Counted from the stretch's first letter, positions 40,145 through 48,556 are shown. The stretch is DNA of 53,212 nt from Clostridia bacterium (GCA_017612655.1 JAGAFM010000086.1:1-53212); one strand, 5' to 3'. Notes: a model not told the origin generated them from the letters alone. Numbers and translations: made by a program.

Positions 40145-40867
40145 ATGATTGCTGAGCAAACTGTCCGGGATATTCCCTTTCAAAAAAGCGGGGATGCTTT
40201 CCTTTCCAACCAGTCGATTCTGGAACTCATGACAAGAGTTGCCGGTTATCATGAATCTTTGGTTGAAAACCGGAGCAACGGTCCGGACCGGTGCGGTTCC
40301 GCCTGGGTCGTTCAGGCATGGAAACTGAAAGTGTTTTCCCGTCCTGTTTCCGGTACTCCCGTCACCGTCAGAACCTGGTCCCGAGCATTTACAAGAGTCC
40401 AGGGGTTTCGCGACTTCGAGCTTACGGATCCTGGAGGGGAACGGTTCGCTGCAGCCACCTCCGTCTGGGCTACAATCGACCGCTCCACCCGTTCCCTGCT
40501 CCGTCTGGACCCGTTGCGCATGGAATCCTACGGGTCCGAACCGGAACGGTTTTCCCTGCCCGGATTCCGTTTTTCCAGAATCCTTCCGGATGCCGCTCAG
40601 TCCCCCGGAGTCCTTCTGACCGTTGGCGACAATCTGATTGACGAAAACGCCCATGTTCACAACTCCGCCTATCCGGAACTGATTCTTCCGGCGTTTCCCG
40701 AGGGGATCAACCCGGAGTTCTTCCATGAGACTGAGATCCAGTACTTCAGAGAAATCCTCCCGGGACAGCAGATTCTGATCGAGCGAACCGAAAAAAGCGG
40801 TTCTCATTATGTCTGGATTCGAGATGCCGGGGGAACAGCCGTCCATGCAGTCATCATTCTGAACTGA
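40145..40867 (+). CDS. acyl-ACP thioesterase family (tandem hotdog) protein
   Basis: 240 aa. WVVQAWKLKVFSRPVSGTPVTVRTW...RDFELTDPGGERFAAATSVWATIDRSTRSLLRL matches the acyl-ACP thioesterase N-terminal hotdog pattern, with a second hotdog half C-terminally. Confidence 0.75.
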   Translation: MIAEQTVRDIPFQKSGDAFLSNQSILELMTRVAGYHESLVENRSNGPDRCGSAWVVQAWKLKVFSRPVSGTPVTVRTWSRAFTRVQGFRDFELTDPGGERFAAATSVWATIDRSTRSLLRLDPLRMESYGSEPERFSLPGFRFSRILPDAAQSPGVLLTVGDNLIDENAHVHNSAYPELILPAFPEGINPEFFHETEIQYFREILPGQQILIERTEKSGSHYVWIRDAGGTAVHAVIILN

Positions 40868-40871
40868 ACGA

Positions 40872-40920
40872 AAACCGCTCCCGAGATTCTTTTCTCTCAG
40901 GGAGCGGTTTCTGTTTGTTT
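40872..40920 (+). terminator. rho-independent terminator of the DUF4838 operon
   Basis: AAACCGCTCCC (40872-40882) pairs with GGGAGCGGTTT (40900-40910), followed by CTGTTTGTTT. Confidence 0.75.
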
Positions 40921-40942
40921 CTCAAGCGTAGGGGCAAAAAAG

Positions 40943-41088
40943 AAAAAGCGGAAAAAGAGAAGGAGTTAAAGCCCGGATAATTCCGGGATGTACGAGGCCG
41001 TACATCGGTCGACTGCCTGCGAAGTCTGTTTCAAGGACCGGTGCCTGACCCGCCACAGGCGCTGAGCGTTCTCTTTTCCGCTTTTTTT
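40943..41088. repeat. 19-bp inverted repeat (one bulge) enclosing a 107-nt hairpin-rich core; candidate small RNA or MITE-like element
   Basis: AAAAAGCGGAAAAAGAGAA (40943-40961) is the reverse complement of TTCTCTTTTCCGCTTTTT (41069-41086), with one extra A. Inner hairpins are CCCGGA-TAAT-TCCGGG, ATGTACG-AGGC-CGTACAT and GCCTG...CAGGC. It lies between two convergent gene ends. Confidence 0.6.
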
Positions 41089-41104
41089 CAGATGAAAACC
41101 GGGC

Positions 41105-41638
41105 TTACCGGGAAGCCATTGCCTCTCTTACCCGTCTGACCACATAGGAGCGGGTGTTCCACCATCCCTCATGGTCGTAATAGAAACGGAGGTAGGGTGT
41201 TCCCTGTGCATGACAGTTTTCCCTCAGTTTCTTCGACGCACTGGACTGGGGAAGGATTTCCGCGACAAGCGCCGTTTTCCCGGCGGAGCGCAGGAAGAAC
41301 ACAACACGTTTCCCGCCCTTCTGAAATTCTTTGGTGCATTCGAACGAAGGAAACTCCTCGCGGAAGATCTTTTCAAAATAATCCGGATAGGACAGGCCGG
41401 AATTAAACTGATTCGGCTCGTCCGGCATCCTTTCGCCCCAGGAATCGCCGCAAGGGGAATCCGAGACGGATGAGGAAAAAACCGTTTTGTCTTCCTCGGG
41501 TTTCCCGGCGGTCTGAGCGCCAGCGGAAGCATTCGAATCCTGCTTGCCTACCCCGTCCATAAGTCCCTGAAGGAAACTCTCGACGGCCTTTTTCCCTTCG
41601 GATGCATTCCCTCCCAGAAGTTTTGAAAGAAATCCCAT
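41105..41638 (-). CDS. hypothetical protein
   Basis: 177-aa ORF. Amphipathic N-terminus MGFLSKLLGG, a low-complexity linker and a ~100-aa C-terminal globular region (YPDYFEKIFREEFPSFE...LRFYYDHEGWW). No family recognised. Confidence 0.6.
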   Translation of the reverse strand: MGFLSKLLGGNASEGKKAVESFLQGLMDGVGKQDSNASAGAQTAGKPEEDKTVFSSSVSDSPCGDSWGERMPDEPNQFNSGLSYPDYFEKIFREEFPSFECTKEFQKGGKRVVFFLRSAGKTALVAEILPQSSASKKLRENCHAQGTPYLRFYYDHEGWWNTRSYVVRRVREAMASR

Positions 41639-41822
41639 ATCCTATCCTCCCAAACAATCACTGGCTTCAGTGGCAGTCGGTCAGGCGTCCCGGCGGCCCT
41701 GTGCCCCTCTTCTTCGACTTTACTCCGTCTAATTGTAACACATCCGACGGTAAAAAAGCAACCGTTTCCGAAAAAAAAACAAACGATTCCTTCCGTATTT
41801 CCCCCGCCCTTTCACCCGGGCG

Positions 41823-42272
41823 TCATTCGTCTCCCGTTTGATCGGAGATCTTTTTCTCAGCGGAATCGATTGAGTTGCCAAACACGACGATCCTTTGAAA
41901 GAGGAACTCGGAAATGAGATTCAGAAGCATGGCCAGCCCGTCCGCGAAAACAGGGTGCCACCCGCATGTTTCCGTGAGAAACCGAACCCCGAAGGTGGAA
42001 AGAGGGGTAAAAACGAGGTAGTATGCTGCAACTTTCAGCATCGCCACCGGGACGTTTGCCGTGGAGCGGAAGGTGAACCTGCGGTTCAGCGTGAAGTTCC
42101 AGAGTACCGAAAGAACCAGCCCGATCAGATAACAGCTCCAGCTGGGAAGCGGTGTCAGAAGTTCGAGAAGAGAGATGGTGCCAGCCTGAATCAGTCCGGC
42201 ACTGGCGGAAAAAAGCAGGAACTTTACCGCGCGGATCGACTCTTCCCTTTTGCTTCCCATGGATTCTCTCAA
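41823..42272 (-). CDS. GtrA family membrane protein
   Basis: 149 aa with four TM helices. KFLLFSASAGLIQAGT and NFTLNRRFTFRS are typical of GtrA-like proteins. Confidence 0.85.
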   Translation of the reverse strand: MRESMGSKREESIRAVKFLLFSASAGLIQAGTISLLELLTPLPSWSCYLIGLVLSVLWNFTLNRRFTFRSTANVPVAMLKVAAYYLVFTPLSTFGVRFLTETCGWHPVFADGLAMLLNLISEFLFQRIVVFGNSIDSAEKKISDQTGDE

Positions 42273-42282
42273 CCTCCGTCTT

Positions 42283-43443
42283 TCAGTTCAGAGACCGTAC
42301 AAACGATCTGAGGCGGTCCAGTCCGTCCTCCAAAACGGAAGCCGGGCAGGCCAGGTTCATCCGGAACCAGTCCATTCCCTGCGATCCGTAAACATTTCCC
42401 GGGGTCACGAAAAGTCCCGTAGCGTTCCGCAGTTCCCGGGAGAACTGTTCGCCGCTTTTTCCGGTTCCTGCTGTGGAAACCCACAGCAGATAGGTCGCCT
42501 CCGCGTGAGGCGCGCTGAGAGCGGGCATTTCCGTTCGGATCACTTCCTCCGCGGTCGTTCGGTTCGTCCAAAGGACGCTTCTCAGTTCATCCAGCCACTC
42601 CGCGCCGCGTTCAAAGGCCGCGATTGCAGCCGGGCAGGCGATCGCGTTGGGCTCCGCGACCTCGTCCGTGTTCAGAGCCCTGCAAATCTTCTTCCTGAGT
42701 TCCGGATTCGGAACGGACACCGCCGCGGTCTGAATCCCCGCCAGATTGAAGGCTTTCGTCGGCGCAAGACAGCTGACGCTGATCTCGCGGCAAACCTCGG
42801 AAACGGAGGCAAACGGGATATACTCCTTTCCCGGGAGCGTCAGATCGCAGTGAATTTCGTCGGACAGAACGGTTACGCCGTGGCGTGAGGCAAGTTCCCC
42901 GACCGCAGCGAGCGTTGCTCTGTCCCAGATTTTTCCGACGGGATTATGCGGATTGCAGAGAATCATAACCCGAACCAGCGGATCGGACAGCTTCCGGTCC
43001 AGATCCTCCAGGTCCATCCGGTACGAGCCGTTTTCGTATATGAGCGGATTCTCAACGACTTCGCACCCGTTGTTCACGATGGAGTTCCAGAAGATGTTGT
43101 AAACAGGCGGCAGTATCAGAACGCGGTCACCGGGGGAGGTCAGCTTTCGAACCGAGGAGGACAGCGCCGGAACGACCCCGGTGCAAAAAATCAGCCACTC
43201 GGGATCCAGGCGGAAGGAATGCCTTCTGTCCCACCAATCCGAATAGGCCCTGTACCAGCGTTCCGGAACGACGGAATAGCCGAATACGCCGTGACGGATC
43301 CGCGCCGTAACAGCCTCAAGAATCTCCGGAGCAGTCCGGAAATCCATGTCCGCGACCCACATCGGAAGATCCCCTTCCGGGACGTTCCATTTATAGGAAT
43401 CGGTTCCGCGCCGATCGATCACCGAAGTGAAATCGTATCTCAT
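42283..43443 (-). CDS. MalY/PatB family PLP-dependent C-S lyase (cystathionine beta-lyase-like)
   Basis: N-terminus MRYDFTSVIDRRGTDSYKWN is diagnostic of PatB/MalY. Aminotransferase class I/II fold with the PLP-Lys region (APTKAFNLAG). Confidence 0.9.
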   Translation of the reverse strand: MRYDFTSVIDRRGTDSYKWNVPEGDLPMWVADMDFRTAPEILEAVTARIRHGVFGYSVVPERWYRAYSDWWDRRHSFRLDPEWLIFCTGVVPALSSSVRKLTSPGDRVLILPPVYNIFWNSIVNNGCEVVENPLIYENGSYRMDLEDLDRKLSDPLVRVMILCNPHNPVGKIWDRATLAAVGELASRHGVTVLSDEIHCDLTLPGKEYIPFASVSEVCREISVSCLAPTKAFNLAGIQTAAVSVPNPELRKKICRALNTDEVAEPNAIACPAAIAAFERGAEWLDELRSVLWTNRTTAEEVIRTEMPALSAPHAEATYLLWVSTAGTGKSGEQFSRELRNATGLFVTPGNVYGSQGMDWFRMNLACPASVLEDGLDRLRSFVRSLN

Positions 43444-43452
43444 AAAGCACCT

Positions 43453-44328
43453 TTATTCCGAAAAATCTGGCTCGTCTGCCACAGCGTCAATCCGCAGGCA
43501 TTCCATACGGGTGCGGGATGCATCCACACGATCCTTCTGAAGGATCAGCTTCCCGATGCGTTCTGCCCGAATGATTCCGCCGGCAGGGTTGAATACGCTC
43601 TTGATTTCCGAGCAGTCCGCGTCAACCGTGCTGTATTCGAACGCGAGCGAAGTGTCCCCGAGATCGCACCGTTCCAGAACCAGGGAATCGATGTAGCAAA
43701 GCCCCTGCAGGGACTTCAGCACGCAATTGGTGAAAGTCAGATTGCGGGAATTCCATCCCAGATATTCCGACTCGATGTAGGAATCAGAAACGGTCACGTT
43801 CTCGCTGTTCCAAAATGCATCCTTCGTGATCAGCCTCGCATTCCGGAGCGTCACGTTTTTGGCACCGTCGAATGCGTACTTTCCCTGCAGATCCAGGTTC
43901 TCCGCAACGATATTTCTGCTGTTCATTGCGAAATAGTCGGCCGACTGAAGCCGGACATCGGACAACCGGATTCCGTCGCAGGCCCAGAGCGTTTCTTCTG
44001 CCAGCGGGATGTCCAGATCTTCCAGAATCAGATTGCTGCATCTGCGAAACGTTTTCGGAGCAAGAATTCTGGAACTGCGGATCCGGACGTCTTCCGTATA
44101 CCAGATCCCCGCTCTGGCGGTTTCCTCAAGAAGGATCTCCTCTGCAGACACCCCCTTGACATACCAGAGGGGATATTTCGAACGGATGGTAACTCGGGAG
44201 AGCGTGAGATCGGCACCGTGTTTGAAGGAAGACTCTCCACCCTCAAACAGACAGTCCGAAACCGTCGTGTTCCGCTCTGCGAAGAGCGCTCTTTCTTCCG
44301 TAAAATGACGATTCCCGATGAATGACAC
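43453..44328 (-). CDS. DUF3737 family (right-handed beta-helix) protein
   Basis: Real gene inside the 872-aa ORF: GTG 44328 with a GGAAAGGA SD. FTEERALFAERN, KYPLWY, GIWYT, ETLWAC, DAFWNSENVTVSDSYI, EYLGWNSRNLTFTNC and QGLCYI fit my recollection of DUF3737. Confidence 0.75.
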   Translation of the reverse strand: MSFIGNRHFTEERALFAERNTTVSDCLFEGGESSFKHGADLTLSRVTIRSKYPLWYVKGVSAEEILLEETARAGIWYTEDVRIRSSRILAPKTFRRCSNLILEDLDIPLAEETLWACDGIRLSDVRLQSADYFAMNSRNIVAENLDLQGKYAFDGAKNVTLRNARLITKDAFWNSENVTVSDSYIESEYLGWNSRNLTFTNCVLKSLQGLCYIDSLVLERCDLGDTSLAFEYSTVDADCSEIKSVFNPAGGIIRAERIGKLILQKDRVDASRTRMECLRIDAVADEPDFSE

Positions 44329-44520
44329 TGGTCGGTCCTTTCCATGGTTCAGGCAATACCCGCGGCGTCTGTCCGGAGTCTCATATCTCTTTGGTTCCGA
44401 ACCGTCGTCCGGAACCGGAGATTCCTGAAAGACTCCGTTCTTATTATAAACGAGCAGGAAGAAAAAAGCAACGTTTTTCGGTTCGTTTCGCTTTTTTCCG
44501 TCCTTTTTGCACTCCTTTGC

Positions 44521-44549
44521 TTGCGAAAAAGGCAGAAAGGCGGTATAAT
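44521..44549 (+). promoter_or_regulatory. promoter (TTGCGA-17-TATAAT) for the BNR-repeat gene
   Basis: TTGCGA at 44521-44526, a 17-nt spacer and TATAAT at 44544-44549. The ~90-nt leader contains the hairpin CCGTTCC-GAACGGA-GGAACGG. Confidence 0.55.
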
Positions 44550-44640
44550 GTGAGAGACGGGAGCCGTTCCGAACGGAGGAACGGATCTTAGAAACCACCC
44601 CGTGCGGGAAGATAGACAGAACAGATAGGAGAATAACCCG

Positions 44641-45966
44641 ATGAGACGCATTCAGGTATCCGCAATAATGAGATCCTCCAATCCAAACTGCGAGGAGACT
44701 TTTATCCGAACCTATGAGAAGAACGGCGATCTTCTGGAAACCCGCATCCTTTCCAGCGAAGAAGACTACGCTTCCGGTGAATTCCGCCGCATCAGCAAGG
44801 ACAACGGCCTGACCTGGGGCGAATGGGAGAAGCGGTACGACGATAAAACAGACGGAAGGCGCGGGAAGATTTCCGGTTCCGAAGAAGGAGACGAACTGCT
44901 CACCGGTTCTTTCTCCTCGTGCGAAGATCCGAAAACCGGATGCAAAGTCAGCGTCGGTTCCACGTTCTTCTACCTGAAGGGTCACGACGTCGGTTACTTC
45001 AACATGTGGAGCAAGGGAGAGGACAATGTCCGTCCCCACGCCTATTATGCAATCGAGCGGCAGGACGGATCGAAAGAATGCAGGCTGATCGAACTGGAAG
45101 AAGGGGGAGCGGACTTTGATCCTCAGAATCCCAGAAATCCGGCTTTCATCGACAAAAACCGCGCAATGGCGAGCGACCTGATGATCCTCCCGGACGGCGA
45201 CCTTTCCTTCGTCCTGTATCCCTCCATGCGGATTTGCTGCCAGCGCGCCTCCCAGGACGTCAGTGCATTCTTCCCTTCCTGTCCCGATATGCAGCACGGT
45301 CTGATCATCGTTCGTCTGCACTGGAATCCCTCCAAAAGCGACTACGATTTTACTCTGTCCAATCCGATCATGCTCTGCGACCTTCAGAGTTCCCGCGGGA
45401 TTATGGAGCCGAAGGTTCTCCTGCTTGAAGGAGGAAGATGGATGGTCATCTTCCGGGGATCCAATACCATGATCGACGCATGGCACACCAGAACGATGAC
45501 CTGCACACCCGGATTCAAGTGGTTTGCCGTCTCCGACGACGAAGGGAAGACCTTTACCCCGCCGATGGTCTGGACCTTCGACACTCGGGAAGCGGTTTAC
45601 TCTCCCGCCTCCATCTCCGCATACTACGAGAACAAGAAGACGGGCCGCCTCTACTGGATTGGCAACTACGTATCCGAGCCTAGGACCATCTTCGGAAACA
45701 CCCCGCGCTGGCCGCTCGTAATCTGCGAGATCGACCGTCAGAAGGGCTGTCTGATCAAAGAAACGCTCACCGAGATCGACTCTCTCCGGGAAGGGGAAAC
45801 CGCGACGGAACTGTCCAATCCGAATCTGATCGAAAACCGGGAAACGGGGCTGCTTGAGATTCGTCTGACAAAAATCTGCATGTCCTGGAAGGATCCGGAA
45901 CTGACCGCATCCAGGGGCAACTGGTATTCCGAAGCATGGGAATACCTCCTCAATTTTGAGGAATAA
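44641..45966 (+). CDS. BNR/Asp-box repeat (sialidase-fold) protein, no signal peptide
   Basis: Asp boxes SKDNGLTW and SDDEGKTF (S-x-D-x-G-x-T-W/F) in a 441-aa beta-rich sequence. The start may be the downstream Met at residue 10. Confidence 0.8.
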   Translation: MRRIQVSAIMRSSNPNCEETFIRTYEKNGDLLETRILSSEEDYASGEFRRISKDNGLTWGEWEKRYDDKTDGRRGKISGSEEGDELLTGSFSSCEDPKTGCKVSVGSTFFYLKGHDVGYFNMWSKGEDNVRPHAYYAIERQDGSKECRLIELEEGGADFDPQNPRNPAFIDKNRAMASDLMILPDGDLSFVLYPSMRICCQRASQDVSAFFPSCPDMQHGLIIVRLHWNPSKSDYDFTLSNPIMLCDLQSSRGIMEPKVLLLEGGRWMVIFRGSNTMIDAWHTRTMTCTPGFKWFAVSDDEGKTFTPPMVWTFDTREAVYSPASISAYYENKKTGRLYWIGNYVSEPRTIFGNTPRWPLVICEIDRQKGCLIKETLTEIDSLREGETATELSNPNLIENRETGLLEIRLTKICMSWKDPELTASRGNWYSEAWEYLLNFEE

Positions 45967-45979
45967 TCTCCTTTTTCCC

Positions 45980-46008
45980 TTGTTTTCCCGCAGGAAACGT
46001 GTTATAAT
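45980..46008 (+). promoter_or_regulatory. promoter (TTGTTT-17-TATAAT, extended -10)
   Basis: TTGTTT at 45980-45985, then TGT-TATAAT ending at 46008. Confidence 0.45.
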
Positions 46009-46106
46009 GAACCTGAGGAAACAATTCGGTGGGTGCTGCCGATTCATCCCGAAGCGGTGGAGAGTTCCCACATAGACGGGTTCCCAGGAAAGGAAAAGGC
46101 CAACTC

Positions 46107-46394
46107 ATGGACATTGGAATTGACGAAATCATCGGGGTCAGCCATTATCCCGACCCGGACAAGGAAGCTGAAGGCGAACTGGAAGTTTCCGACCTGATTC
46201 CCGCATCGAAAGAAAGCGTTCCCGAGCAGGATAGTTCCAGACTGCCGGAATCCGACCCTTCCGCAGAAACCGGAAACGAAAAGAAAAACCTGTTCTGGAA
46301 GATCTTCGCCATCTGCGCCGCCGTGGTCATCATGGCCGTTGGCGTCTATGCTCTGTTCCGGTTTCTGTCCAACCGTAAAAAAGCGGAACCGTAA
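46107..46394 (+). CDS. small C-terminally TM-anchored acidic protein
   Basis: ORF 46029..46394 trimmed to ATG 46107 (AGGAAAGGAAAAGG upstream). Acidic N-terminal region, one TM helix (IFAICAAVVIMAVGVYALF) and a basic tail. Confidence 0.5.
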   Translation: MDIGIDEIIGVSHYPDPDKEAEGELEVSDLIPASKESVPEQDSSRLPESDPSAETGNEKKNLFWKIFAICAAVVIMAVGVYALFRFLSNRKKAEP

Positions 46395-46461
46395 TTGAAA
46401 AAAAAGACATTCTATTTCGGCTTCGGAATTCTGCGGATCCTGTTCCGGCTTCAAAAGCAGT

Positions 46462-46497
46462 GAGAGTCAGGCTGAACACGCCCGGCTCTCTTTTTTT
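46462..46497 (+). terminator. rho-independent terminator
   Basis: GAGAGTCAGGC-TGAACAC-GCCCGGCTCTC (one mismatch) followed by TTTTTTT. Confidence 0.7.
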
Positions 46498-46531
46498 GCC
46501 TCATGATCGGTGTGCTTCGGCTGAATCGCTC

Positions 46532-46560
46532 TTGACTTTCCCCTTCTCAAATGCTATAAT
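46532..46560 (+). promoter_or_regulatory. promoter (TTGACT-17-TATAAT)
   Basis: TTGACT at 46532-46537, a 17-nt spacer and TATAAT at 46555-46560. Followed by a ~170-nt leader. Confidence 0.6.
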
Positions 46561-46731
46561 GCTGAAGGATCCCCCAAAGGGGTGCTGGATGATCAAAGCA
46601 GCCCATTCTCTTCGGGATACGGGATCCCCATAAGGGTTGAACGGCGGAGCGCAGTCAGGCCAGGCTCCCCGAAGCAAATTCAAGCAGAAAAAGGAGTGAA
46701 AAGGCCGGGTCGGTCTGCTCGGCAGGACATC

Positions 46732-47289
46732 ATGAGTGCATCTGTGAATTTTGCGGAATATCACTACGAAAAAAGAAAAGAAGGTCCCTATAAGATCCGT
46801 CTGATTGTAGGACGCGCGCTCTGTATTCTGGTCGGCCTTCTCCCCATCCTTCTTCCCGCCATTAACGTCGCCAAATTTGGAATCCTTCTGATTCCCGCCA
46901 TGGTTATTTTCGGTTTCATGCTGTACTTCCAGATTTTCGTGGGAAAACTTCTTTCCATCGAGTACAGTTATACCGTTGACACGGGAATCTTCAAAATGGA
47001 CCAGGTCAACGGACGAGGCAAGCACAAGGAACTCCTGAGCGTCCGCGTTCGCGACATGAGCATCATTGCCCCCTATACGGATGACAAAAAGGCGGAACTG
47101 GACGCCTGCGAAAAGGTCTACGACTGTTCCATCTCCATGACCCACCCGACTCCCGACATTTATTACTGCATCTTCGATCTGAACGGTACGAAGACCGCAT
47201 GTGTTTTTGAAGCGACGAACAAAGTGGTCAGTGTCATGAAGTTCTACAATGCGGATAACCTGATTATCAAGAAAGATCTGCGCTACTGA
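46732..47289 (+). CDS. two-TM membrane protein of unknown function
   Basis: ORF 46582..47289 trimmed to ATG 46732. Two adjacent TM helices (LCILVGLLPILLPAI, ILLIPAMVIFGFMLYFQIFV), then a soluble C-terminal domain. Ends 6 nt before alr. Confidence 0.65.
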   Translation: MSASVNFAEYHYEKRKEGPYKIRLIVGRALCILVGLLPILLPAINVAKFGILLIPAMVIFGFMLYFQIFVGKLLSIEYSYTVDTGIFKMDQVNGRGKHKELLSVRVRDMSIIAPYTDDKKAELDACEKVYDCSISMTHPTPDIYYCIFDLNGTKTACVFEATNKVVSVMKFYNADNLIIKKDLRY

Positions 47290-47295
47290 CGTTTT

Positions 47296-48450
47296 ATGGA
47301 ATCACTGCCTTTGGAAGGACACCCGAAAGTATGGGCGAGGGTGTTCCTCGACCATCTTGTCCACAATTACCTTTCCCTGCTTCATGCGTCCCAGGCAGAA
47401 CGCTTCTGCTGCGTTGTGAAAGCGGATGCCTACGGACACGGGGCTGTCCCCTGTTGCCAGGCGCTCTGCAAGGCGGGAGCCGACTTTTTCGCCGTCTCCT
47501 CCCTGCAGGAAGCGATTCAGGTTCGATCCGCGACAGAAGCATGGCCCGGGGTCTCGATTCTGATCCTTGGCTACACGCCTCCGGAGGACGCGGATCTTCT
47601 GATCCGGTACGATATTCACCAGGCAATTCTCTCCGAAGCATATGCAAAAGCGCTGAATGCCTGTGTTGCCGAGGCGCGTGCCGCCGGAACAGTGCCGGCC
47701 AGGTCCCGGGTGAAAGCCCATATCAAACTCGACACCGGGATGAACCGGATCGGCTTTTCTCCGGAAGAACCGGAGACGATCGCAGAGGTCTGTTCTCTGG
47801 ACGGGCTGGAACCCGTCGGCATTTTCACGCATTTTGCCAAGTCGGACGAACCGGAGTCCGGAATGACCGAAGAACAGTATTCCCGCTTCACACACTGTCT
47901 CAGAGACCTGGAAAAGAGGGGAATTGTCTTCCGAATCCGTCACGTTTGCAACTCCGCGGCCATCACCAACGATCCGGATATGCATCTGGACATGGTGCGG
48001 GGCGGGATCGAACTGTATGGGATGATGCCTTCGCCAGAAACGGCAGTCCCGAAAGAGGGACTGCTTCCCTGCATGGCCTTTGAGACGGTCGTCTCTCATA
48101 TTCACACGGTGAAAAAAGGGGAGACAATCGGCTACGGCGGATCCTTCCGTGCGGAACGGGATCTCCGCATAGCCACCCTTCCGGTCGGGTATGCGGACGG
48201 TTTTATCCGTTCCTACGCCAAGGGATGCGTCTACATCGGCGGGCGTCCGGCACCGATTCGCGGAAGAATCTGCATGGATCAGTGCATGGCGGACGTCACC
48301 GACATTCCGGCGGAAATCGGAGATACGGTCACGCTGTTCGGAACCGAATATCAAACAGCGGACGATCTCGCAAATCTGATCGGAACCATTTCCTATGAAG
48401 TCCTCTGCCTGGTCGGAAAGCGGGTTCCAAGAATCTATTCCGGCTTTTGA
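47296..48450 (+). CDS. alr: alanine racemase
   Basis: PLP-Lys motif VVKADAYGHG, plus HIKLDTGMNRIG, and YGG...R and CMDQ blocks. Confidence 0.93.
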   Translation: MESLPLEGHPKVWARVFLDHLVHNYLSLLHASQAERFCCVVKADAYGHGAVPCCQALCKAGADFFAVSSLQEAIQVRSATEAWPGVSILILGYTPPEDADLLIRYDIHQAILSEAYAKALNACVAEARAAGTVPARSRVKAHIKLDTGMNRIGFSPEEPETIAEVCSLDGLEPVGIFTHFAKSDEPESGMTEEQYSRFTHCLRDLEKRGIVFRIRHVCNSAAITNDPDMHLDMVRGGIELYGMMPSPETAVPKEGLLPCMAFETVVSHIHTVKKGETIGYGGSFRAERDLRIATLPVGYADGFIRSYAKGCVYIGGRPAPIRGRICMDQCMADVTDIPAEIGDTVTLFGTEYQTADDLANLIGTISYEVLCLVGKRVPRIYSGF

Positions 48451-48466
48451 CAATGTCTGATTCTGC

Positions 48467-48510
48467 AAAAAACTCTTATTGTTCCGCATTGCAAACAATA
48501 AGAGTTTTTT
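48467..48510. terminator. bidirectional-type rho-independent terminator after alr
   Basis: AAAAAACTCTTATTGTT-CCGCATTGCA-AACAATAAGAGTTTTTT: a perfect 13-15-bp stem with flanking A- and T-tracts. Confidence 0.8.
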
Positions 48511-48556
48511 CTGTGAGGGAATTCAAAACCTTTTCCCCGTCCCCTATCGTTCGAAC

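Noticed and set aside
40985-41062. Possible SRP (4.5S) RNA. The minus strand has GGGTCAGGCACCGG...GCAGGCAGTCGAC, and the plus strand has CCGGGATGTACGAGGC. Both are reminiscent of E. coli 4.5S segments.
   Set aside because: The conserved domain IV core (GGUCC-GGAA-GGAAGCAGC with a GNRA tetraloop) is absent. The element folds as several hairpins rather than one long helix. It is kept only as an unclassified structured element.
43453-46071. 872-aa ORF on the minus strand, the longest apart from the 992-aa ABC transporter gene.
   Set aside because: It is a chimera. Only its last 291 codons (43453-44328, GTG with SD) are a real DUF3737 gene. The rest reads through a promoter-containing spacer and antisense to a BNR-repeat gene that has clear Asp boxes.
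46568-46680. Leader upstream of the two-TM protein considered as a TPP (GGGGTGC), c-di-AMP (pseudo-symmetric GGGG/ACGGG modules), glycine or guanidine-I (ACGGCGG) riboswitch.
   Set aside because: Only isolated short matches were found. The defining elements are missing or out of order (CUGAGA and the pyrimidine-sensing helix for TPP, ACCCGAAUCC...CUAACC for ydaO, and so on). It is reported only as an unclassified structured leader.
39485-48498. Other long antisense ORFs: 39485..40846 - (453 aa), 42946..44325 + (459 aa), 47302..48498 - (398 aa). Also, outside this span, 14387..15442 - (351 aa), 18922..19947 + (341 aa) and 48737..49693 - (318 aa).
   Set aside because: Each lies opposite a gene with strong family motifs (Gfo/Idh/MocA fusion and thioesterase, PatB/DUF3737, alr, guaB, GH16, dxs). 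The same explanation of a codon-aligned open antisense frame applies.
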